A stretch of 24,000 nt of DNA from Gordonia phage GMA2: the sequence record NC_070761.1; one strand, given 5' to 3'. The stretch's first letter is position 1, and the number at the start of each line of letters is the position of its first letter. The notes beneath the pieces were generated by a model. The model did no database searches. It was not told where the DNA came from and saw nothing but the letters and a program-made list of their open reading frames with translations. Positions 8,843 to 14,266 of the stretch are shown piece after piece. A program made the position numbers and the translations under genes.

Positions 8843-8917
8843 CGCCAATAACGGGATTTGAACCCGTGATCTCCACCGTGACAGGGTGGCGAGGACTCCA
8901 GACTCCTCTATATCGGC
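8843..8917 (-). tRNA. tRNA-Asp(GTC)
   Basis: GCCGATA...CCACC-CTGTCAC-GGTGG...ACGGG-TTCAAAT-CCCGT-TATTGGC-G. Confidence 0.92.
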
Positions 8918-8926
8918 ATGTGTGCG

Positions 8927-9009
8927 TGGGAAGTGAGGGAATCGAACCCCCGAGCCTCTCAGAACTGGTTTACAGCCAGCCGCAACCAACCAACAGTTGC
9001 CTACTCCCC
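8927..9009 (-). tRNA. tRNA-Tyr(GTA), class II
   Basis: GGGGAGT...CTGG-CTGTAAA-CCAG, variable arm, GGGGG-TTCGATT-CCCTC-ACTTCCC-A. Confidence 0.92.
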
Positions 9010-9013
9010 ATGA

Positions 9014-9146
9014 GACTGGACCGTCACGTGCGCCAGGTTTCCATAGCTTTTGTTCACCTCTGCTCAAGTCTCATCAGAGCTCCTGAAAGCGAGACTATCT
9101 GTGACGTCTGATCCGCTAAGATCAGTAGCCGCTAAACTATCCAGTC
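9014..9146 (-). ncRNA. Unassigned tRNA-like structured RNA: four-way junction with expanded fourth arm, no T arm
   Basis: Perfect 7-bp closing stem GACTGGA/TCCAGTC, D-arm-like TAGTTTAGCGGCTA, 6-bp hairpin CTGATC-TTAGCG-GATCAG, 6-bp stem CGTCAC/GTGACG enclosing AGTCTC/GAGACT. Confidence 0.5.
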
Positions 9147-9150
9147 TACG

Positions 9151-9224
9151 TCGGGATGACAGGATTTGAACCTGCAACATCTTGCACCCAAAGCAAGTGC
9201 TCTACCAAGTTGAACTACATCCCG
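9151..9224 (-). tRNA. tRNA-Pro(TGG)
   Basis: CGGGATG...CTTGC-TTTGGGT-GCAAG...GCAGG-TTCAAAT-CCTGT-CATCCCG-A. Confidence 0.92.
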
Positions 9225-9332
9225 TCCGCCTACTCCTAAATATAGGGCGAGTAGGTTTCCCGGACCTTCCTTGTCTAAAAGCGGCGAAGGTCACTCCTCT
9301 GTAGCCCCTAGCTCTTTCGAACCAGGTTCCCG

Positions 9333-9406
9333 TCGATCTTCGAGGATTTGAACCTCGGACCTTCGCCTTATCAGGGCGATGCTCTAACCAACTGAGCTAA
9401 AGACCG
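9333..9406 (-). tRNA. tRNA-Ile(GAT)
   Basis: CGGTCTT...TCGCC-CTGATAA-GGCGA...CGAGG-TTCAAAT-CCTCG-AAGATCG-A. Confidence 0.92.
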
Positions 9407-9411
9407 TGAAA

Positions 9412-9478
9412 GGATCTGCGTGTTGCGAATACTGAGTAGTGTATGCGATGTAAGTAACCAGTATTCTTCGGCAGTTCC
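9412..9478 (-). ncRNA. Candidate Y RNA 3 (Ro60-associated type)
   Basis: RNA: GGAACTGC-CGAA-GAATACTG-[24 nt]-CAGTATTC-GCAACAC-GCAGATCC; same loop motif as the other three candidates. Confidence 0.65.
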
Positions 9479-9481
9479 TAG

Positions 9482-9555
9482 TGGCGCGAACGGGATTTGA
9501 ACCCGTGACCTGAAGTTTATGAGACTCCTGAGCTACCAAACTGCTCTACCGCGCT
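9482..9555 (-). tRNA. tRNA-Met(CAT) (elongator Met or Ile-CAU)
   Basis: AGCGCGG...GGAGT-CTCATAA-ACTTC...ACGGG-TTCAAAT-CCCGT-TCGCGCC-A; position 1-72 is A.C. Confidence 0.88.
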
Positions 9556-9559
9556 ATGC

Positions 9560-9590
9560 TGCTTAGCGATACCCCTCAAACTGCTAAGCA
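9560..9590. repeat. 8-bp perfect inverted repeat in tRNA spacer
   Basis: TGCTTAGC ... GCTAAGCA, 15-nt loop. Confidence 0.6.
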
Positions 9591-9593
9591 TTG

Positions 9594-9665
9594 CTACCCG
9601 AGAAGGACTCGAACCTTCAACCACCAGATTAACAGTCTAGCGCTCTGCCATTGAGCTACCGGGTA
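9594..9665 (-). tRNA. tRNA-Asn(GTT)
   Basis: TACCCGG...CTAGA-CTGTTAA-TCTGG...GAAGG-TTCGAGT-CCTTC-TCGGGTA-G. Confidence 0.92.
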
Positions 9666-9670
9666 CTGTG

Positions 9671-9744
9671 CTGCCCACCCAGGACTCGAACCTGGAACAT
9701 CCGCGACCAAAGCGCGGCGCAACTACCAATTGTGCTAGCGGGCA
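9671..9744 (-). tRNA. tRNA-Gln(TTG)
   Basis: TGCCCGC...CCGCG-CTTTGGT-CGCGG...CCAGG-TTCGAGT-CCTGG-GTGGGCA-G. Confidence 0.92.
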
Positions 9745-9932
9745 ATGTTGGAGAAGAACCGTAAACGCGTGCTGGTAGCCACGCCAGTCTTCTCCTGTCG
9801 TAGGGACAGGGGATTATAGTTTTTCACAATCCAACGACTCTATGTGCTAACCAGACACTTCGTTGAATCGATTTCACGCCTCTCGGCCGCTCTGAGCTTA
9901 AGAACTGTTTATACTCGCTCAGTCGAGTGTAG

Positions 9933-10003
9933 CACGGACGGTAGGAATCGAACCCACGTACTCGGTTTTGGAGACCGATGTTCTACCATTGAACTACGTC
10001 CAT
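9933..10003 (-). tRNA. tRNA-Trp(CCA)
   Basis: ATGGACG...TCGGT-CTCCAAA-ACCGA...GTGGG-TTCGATT-CCTAC-CGTCCGT-G. Confidence 0.9.
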
Positions 10004-10007
10004 AAGG

Positions 10008-10093
10008 TTGTAAAGAAGGAGCGTGTTAAAGATCGTCGGGTGTGTTTTCTCCAAATGAAATAACCGAAGATCATTCGGCTCTCTTCTTTACAA
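10008..10093 (-). ncRNA. Candidate Y RNA 2 (Ro60-associated type)
   Basis: RNA: TTGTAAAGAAG-A-GAGC-CGAA-U-GATCTTCGG-...-CCGACGATC-TTTAACAC-GCTC-CTTCTTTACAA; 11+4 bp lower stem. Confidence 0.65.
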
Positions 10094-10099
10094 GCTAGG

Positions 10100-10229
10100 G
10101 TTCAGCGTGGTTGTGCGCGTCGGAAAATAGCTGCTCTGCCAATTGAGCTACTATCTCCGAAGAGATAGACGGGACTCGAACCCGCAACCCGCTGCTTAAT
10201 AGGCAATAACCAACATGCTTCGGCTGAAC
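10100..10229 (-). ncRNA. yrlA-like: Candidate YrlA-type Y RNA (Y RNA 1) with permuted tRNA-like module
   Basis: Closing stem GTTCAGC/GCTGAAC; CGAA...ACAACCAC loop; internal T arm GCGGG-TTCGAGT-CCCGT, acceptor-like CTATCTC-UUCG-GAGATAG, D arm GCTC-AATTGGCA-GAGC. Confidence 0.8.
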
Positions 10230-10240
10230 TCTACTTGTCG

Positions 10241-10649
10241 TGGAGTTGCCGGGAATCGAACCCGGGTCCTGTGTCAGTCGCCAGACTGCTTTCTACGTGC
10301 GTAGTCATTGTTCAATCTCACTGCCGATCTTTTCTCAATGACACGATGTGCTCGGCTGTATGTTTGTCCCTTGTGACCCATGAGACGGTGAGGGTTGTTG
10401 TCCTATTCGTCAATTACCTCTTCGGTCCGGTATAGGACGACCATCGAAGAAGAGATGCGTGTCGTCAGACGAGTGCGGCTGCCTCGCTGTTGGCGAAAGC
10501 CTCAATCTCGGCAAAATCTGCCTCGGTGACGACGGGTGCAGTAATATCCTCATTTGTTGTTCGGTCGCGGACACTTACTGTAGTCCAATCGACCATCCCA
10601 CAGGCACGCTTACAATCAGTTTCTTTCACAGTCGAAACCGATCAACCCC
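10241..10649 (-). ncRNA. ssrA: tmRNA (ssrA)
   Basis: 5' GGGGTTGATCGGTTTCGAC; 3' GACCCGGGTTCGATTCCCGGCAACTCCA; acceptor GGGGTTG/CAACTCC; internal tag ORF ending EAAALV-stop at 10465-10467. Confidence 0.92.
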
Positions 10650-10671
10650 AAGGTGATTAAGTTATCAAAGA

Positions 10672-10692
10672 ACGCGTGTTGCTGTTTGATAA
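10672..10692 (-). repeat. 8-bp hairpin at predicted 5' end of the tmRNA precursor
   Basis: TTATCAAA...TTTGATAA flanking 5 nt; minus-strand loop region contains CAACACGCG. Confidence 0.55.
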
Positions 10693-10696
10693 GATC

Positions 10697-10725
10697 ATCG
10701 TATCATACAAAATGTCGGATGTAAA
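10697..10725 (-). promoter_or_regulatory. Putative tmRNA/tRNA-array promoter TTTACA-N17-TACGAT
   Basis: -35 10720-10725, -10 10697-10702 with TGA extension. Confidence 0.5.
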
Positions 10726-10741
10726 CCATCCCGTAGAGGAT

Positions 10742-10774
10742 GCCGATAGACGCGACGATATCACGTCTATCGGC
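10742..10774 (-). terminator. 11-bp perfect inverted repeat just after the Ro60 stop codon
   Basis: GCCGATAGACG-cgacgatatca-CGTCTATCGGC; no clear U tract. Confidence 0.55.
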
Positions 10775-10783
10775 CCTCTTTGG

Positions 10784-12418
10784 TTAGAGATCGCCAGCAG
10801 CGAAGTTGCTGATGACCGCCGGGGCGCTGGCATCAAACCCAACCACGTCCAACATACCCGGATCACTCGGGTCTGCAATGGAGAACTCGGTAGCCGTCAT
10901 ACCCACGACCGTGAGCTTGGCATTGATACCGCTGGACTCACGGTACTTACGGAGAGCCTGGAATGGTTGCTCACTGCCAGCCCACGTCTCGTTATCTGTG
11001 TAGACCACGAAGTGATCAATCTCGAGACCGTTCTTCTTAGCGTACTGCATCGGAAGAGCACAGTCCGTACCACAGAATGGAAGGCCAGACACAGCACGAA
11101 CGTTGTCATCCAGCCGGCGCCGAGGTGACAGATCCAGAGGATACATGCTGCCACGATCATAGTAGTTCGGGAAACGGCTACTACCGCGTGCTCCTGTGGT
11201 GAAGCCGTACACGCTCGTCTCCGGCTCCGTTGCTGCAGTGATCAGAGCCATAGCCACTGAACCCTCACGCGCAGACAGATTCGAGTTCATGATCGGAGAC
11301 ATCATGGAACCCGACACATCGAGCGCCAGCATGTGCCGCTTGCCCGAAGGCTTGACGTTCTTGAACGCGGTGTAGAACGCGTTGTCAAGAGTGTCGACAA
11401 TAGCTCGCTCTGGTCGCCAGGTAGTAGAGCCTCGAAAACCGCGACCCGACGCATACGTGGTCATGGCGAAGAGGATGTTCATCGGATGAACGCCCGACTT
11501 CTGGATCTTTTCCTTGTCGATCAACGTAGCTACAACCTTCTTCAGGTAAGAGCCTTGAAGAACGTTAAGCTGTGTCAAGCGACTCAGCTGTCGCATGGTC
11601 GCAGTGTACGGCATGCCGCTATCGATCAGAGCACGCCAGACGTCTGCCTCGTTGAGCGCTGCAGTAGGCAGCATCTCCCACGTGAGGTTGTACTCCTTGA
11701 TGAGCTCAGGAAGATGCCGAGTTGGCGCTGTCTTCGCAGCTTCGAAGCCCTTAATCTGCTTCAGCGAGTCCGGAAGATCATCCAGATTCGAGTACCGACC
11801 GCAGGTGTAGTCGAACAGCGGCTTGAAGTCGCCTGTGCCGACCGGGTGGGCCTTACGCAGAACGTCTCGGTGCGTCCAGCCGTTGCGCTGACGATACTTT
11901 ACGATCTGGTACGCGGCGGACTGTGGAGACCGATCCAGGTACCAGTAAGACACAGCCTCACGCAGCGACACACCCCAGCCACGGAACTGCTGAGCGTACT
12001 CGATAAACGTGAAGAGCTGCGTAGACGTACGAGCTACAGTCGGAAGAAGTCGAAGAGCCTCAGCTCGAAGACTCGCGTCCTTGTTAATGTCTGGCGCTGA
12101 GACGATAGCAAGAGCGAACAGAAGGGGATTAGCTCGTGGAGCCAGGTTCTGCTCAGCTACTTCCTTGATCTCGCTGATGACAAGCTTCGGGTTCGTCTCC
12201 GCGAGGTAGACTACTGTCTTTGCGTTGCTCACAGCAAGCTCTTGGCTTCGCTGGTAGTAGGTGCCGCCATCGACACCGAGGATCAGGAATCGCCGGAGCT
12301 GACTCTTCGGAGTGAGCTTGAAGACGAAACCGCCTGCGTTGTTGACGACCTGATCGGATCGCGCAGCCTCAGTCTGAGGAGTGGTGCGAGTCGAGATCGA
12401 GCGTAGTGCGTCGGCCAT
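10784..12418 (-). CDS. rsr: Ro60/Rsr-like RNA-binding protein (TROVE + vWA domains)
   Basis: C-terminal MIDAS-like LDVSGSM, GTDC, VYTDNETW; TROVE-like N-terminal repeats (FKLTPKSQLRRFLILGVDGGTYY...). AAGGAG precedes internal ATG at 12418 (MADALRS), preferred over 12481. Confidence 0.9.
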   Translation of the reverse strand: MADALRSISTRTTPQTEAARSDQVVNNAGGFVFKLTPKSQLRRFLILGVDGGTYYQRSQELAVSNAKTVVYLAETNPKLVISEIKEVAEQNLAPRANPLLFALAIVSAPDINKDASLRAEALRLLPTVARTSTQLFTFIEYAQQFRGWGVSLREAVSYWYLDRSPQSAAYQIVKYRQRNGWTHRDVLRKAHPVGTGDFKPLFDYTCGRYSNLDDLPDSLKQIKGFEAAKTAPTRHLPELIKEYNLTWEMLPTAALNEADVWRALIDSGMPYTATMRQLSRLTQLNVLQGSYLKKVVATLIDKEKIQKSGVHPMNILFAMTTYASGRGFRGSTTWRPERAIVDTLDNAFYTAFKNVKPSGKRHMLALDVSGSMMSPIMNSNLSAREGSVAMALITAATEPETSVYGFTTGARGSSRFPNYYDRGSMYPLDLSPRRRLDDNVRAVSGLPFCGTDCALPMQYAKKNGLEIDHFVVYTDNETWAGSEQPFQALRKYRESSGINAKLTVVGMTATEFSIADPSDPGMLDVVGFDASAPAVISNFAAGDL

Positions 12419-12440
12419 GAGGATCTCCTTAAATTCTAGC

Positions 12441-12473
12441 GGTCTGAAGATATGGTCTAAAAAGAGGTCTAAA
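12441..12473. repeat. Three direct repeats GGTCT(A/G)AA in the Ro60 leader
   Basis: GGTCTGAA 12441, GGTCTAAA 12454, GGTCTAAA 12466; a fourth copy at 12683. Confidence 0.6.
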
Positions 12474-12490
12474 AAAGACATACATCGGGA

Positions 12491-12579
12491 GAGACGGGTA
12501 AAGTTACTGCTGCGGTTTCCCGCCGGTGAACCAGCCTTTAAGCGAGTAACTTCTTTACCGGACTGGGACGACCCGTCTC
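12491..12579 (-). ncRNA. Structured leader element upstream of Ro60 (unassigned)
   Basis: Closing GAGACGGGT/ACCCGTCTC (9 bp), inner AAGTTACT/AGTAACTT (8 bp), GCGG-GAAA-CCGC, GCUGG-UUCA-CCGGC (G.U on minus strand). Confidence 0.5.
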
Positions 12580-12581
12580 AA

Positions 12582-12651
12582 ATTCAAGCGTGTTGTTCAT
12601 TCCGAGTGTGGGTTGTATTCATTACAATAATCGGAGTGATTCGGCTCGAAT
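12582..12651 (-). ncRNA. Candidate Y RNA 4 (Ro60-associated type)
   Basis: RNA: ATTCGAGC-CGAA-TCACTCCGA-...-TCGGAATGA-ACAACAC-GCTTGAAT; directly upstream of Ro60. Confidence 0.65.
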
Positions 12652-12666
12652 CCGGTGTATGTTAGT

Positions 12667-12695
12667 ACAGTATCACGTCTTCGGTCTAAAGTAAA
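12667..12695 (-). promoter_or_regulatory. Putative promoter for Y RNA 4 / Ro60: TTTACT-N17-TACTGT
   Basis: -35 12690-12695, -10 12667-12672, TGA extension. Confidence 0.5.
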
Positions 12696-12712
12696 CCCTT
12701 AGACCGAAGACG
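12676..12712. terminator. 14-bp perfect palindrome overlapping the promoter
   Basis: CGTCTTCGGTCTAA-agtaaaccc-TTAGACCGAAGACG. Confidence 0.6.
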
Positions 12713-12725
12713 AGACAGAGATAAC

Positions 12726-13331
12726 TCAGAACGGAGCGTCCGGAGTCGTCGGAGCGGTGACCGGAGGAGTCTCAGCGGTGTCCGCCTTAGCCGACTTCGT
12801 CTCGGTCGCAGCAGGCGGAGCAGCGGCAGGAGCCGGAGCAGGAGCCACGCCAGTCGGTGCAGGCGGAGTGTTCGCCGGGGTGGGCGCAGCAGTCGCGTTC
12901 GGAGGAGCGACAGAAGACGTCTCAGTACGGCTCAGACGGCTGTAGCTCTTGATCTCGTTGCGATCCTCACCCTGCCACTGCTTGATGACGATCTGACCGC
13001 GGAATTCCTTGCCGACCAGCTGCTCAGCCACGTTATGGTCCGAGGGGTTGGTAGCAAAGTACTCCTTGCTGATGCCGATTGCGGCCATCTGGCGGAAGAA
13101 GATGTTGAGAGCCACAGGATTCTCGGGCGAGACGACGAGCTGCGACCAGATGCGACGCTTCTCGTACGGTCCGGAAGTCACCTCGCAGGTGATCTTGAAC
13201 ATGGTCTTTCCGCCAGAAGTGTTCTTGGCTTCGGACGCGATGATCTTGAGATCGTAGTCAGCTGCGGGAAGCGCAGCAAAGCCAGTGTCGCCAGCGCTCT
13301 CGGCCAGGTCGGCCCAACTCTGAAGAGGCAC
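12726..13331 (-). CDS. DUF669/SSB-like DNA-binding protein with Ala/Pro-rich tail
   Basis: DYDLKIIASEAKNTSGGKTMFKITCEVTSGPYEKRRIWSQLVV...; position in replication cluster; low-complexity C-terminus. Confidence 0.7.
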   Translation of the reverse strand: MPLQSWADLAESAGDTGFAALPAADYDLKIIASEAKNTSGGKTMFKITCEVTSGPYEKRRIWSQLVVSPENPVALNIFFRQMAAIGISKEYFATNPSDHNVAEQLVGKEFRGQIVIKQWQGEDRNEIKSYSRLSRTETSSVAPPNATAAPTPANTPPAPTGVAPAPAPAAAPPAATETKSAKADTAETPPVTAPTTPDAPF

Positions 13332-13413
13332 GATGTTCTTCTTTCTCTGTAGGTAGACTACGCAGCGATTTCGCTTGCTTTAGTCTGATTCTTTTCTTGA
13401 GGAGTGAGACGTA

Positions 13414-14163
13414 CTAGCCTTCGCTAGCGGCCTCAGGAGTACTCACTGGTCCGAAGATCATATCGAGTAGTCCAGGAACTGTCGGGTTGTCGACATACGA
13501 GCCGACACGCCCGCCTACGCGCTCACCTGTTGCGTAGATGTTATTCGGTCCGATCAGCATCCGATGAATCTTCTGCTGCTCTCCCGCGTCGTTGGTCCAC
13601 AGATCCACATGCATAGCACCCAGAATGTCGAACAGATACGGAAGCATGACCTTAGACTGCCCCTGAGCGAACGGCTGCTTCTTACCAGCCTGATCGTCCA
13701 CAGACATCGCGATCAAAACAACCGACTGGACGGGCTTAGTCGGATGTTCAGTGAGATCCCGCATGTCTCGAAGAAAGCCCATGAACTTTCGGAGAATGTC
13801 GCCCCAGTCCTGCAGCTTGGCTTGATCACGATTAGTGACCTGATCAACGAGACGCTGCTGCAGCTCCGAGATCGAGTCGATCACGACTGATTCAAACGGA
13901 TGCTTGCCAGCCTTCAACCACTCGTACGCCTTGAGAGCGTCATCGTAGTTGCGAACTGTGACGATTGCCGTGTCCCACGAACCGTCCGCCTCTGGCGGAG
14001 CATGTCGCGTGGGATCCCACCGAACAGGCTTGATATCGAGAAAGCGAGAACCGCCCTCGATGTCGATGAGAAGCATGGGCTTTGGAGAGGATGCTCCGAA
14101 AGTACTCTTACCAGCCTTAGCTGGTCCGTGCACGAGAACCGAAATAGCACGGTTAAAACTCAC
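13414..14163 (-). CDS. Sak4-like RecA-family ATPase
   Basis: Walker A GPAKAGKST, LLIDIEGG, VIDSISE. Confidence 0.8.
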   Translation of the reverse strand: MSFNRAISVLVHGPAKAGKSTFGASSPKPMLLIDIEGGSRFLDIKPVRWDPTRHAPPEADGSWDTAIVTVRNYDDALKAYEWLKAGKHPFESVVIDSISELQQRLVDQVTNRDQAKLQDWGDILRKFMGFLRDMRDLTEHPTKPVQSVVLIAMSVDDQAGKKQPFAQGQSKVMLPYLFDILGAMHVDLWTNDAGEQQKIHRMLIGPNNIYATGERVGGRVGSYVDNPTVPGLLDMIFGPVSTPEAASEG

Positions 14164-14194
14164 TGTGCCACCTCCTTTCCTGCTTGGAGTGAGT

Positions 14195-14248
14195 GATAAC
14201 GCGTTTCCGCGTTATCTCTATAATATCACGAACTCGTCTGGATGTATA
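14195..14248 (-). promoter_or_regulatory. Promoter TATACA-N17-TATTAT followed by 9-bp GAAA-capped 5' hairpin
   Basis: -35 14243-14248, -10 14220-14225, hairpin GATAACGCG-GAAA-CGCGTTATC at 14195-14216 (minus strand). Confidence 0.5.
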
Positions 14249-14266
14249 TATCAAAACGAGATGTTG

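Noticed and set aside
7733-10003. Repeated GGGAATCGAACCC-type strings as a CRISPR or repeat array
   Set aside because: They are T arms of individually foldable tRNAs with variable spacing; no CRISPR-like repeats or cas genes.
10115-10190. Two separate broken tRNAs (a T-arm half and a D-arm half)
   Set aside because: The halves share complementary acceptor strands joined by UUCG and are enclosed by Ro-type stems, better explained as a YrlA-type Y RNA.
10235-10435. Plus-strand ORF 10235..10435 and minus ORF-like reading across 10441-10656
   Set aside because: Entirely inside the tmRNA; translation pattern is incidental.
12419-12481. N-terminal 21-aa extension of Ro60 given by the ORF track (MSFLDLFLDHIFRPLEFKEIL)
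   Set aside because: AAGGAG Shine-Dalgarno is positioned for the internal ATG at 12418, and the extension overlaps the GGTCTAAA repeat leader.
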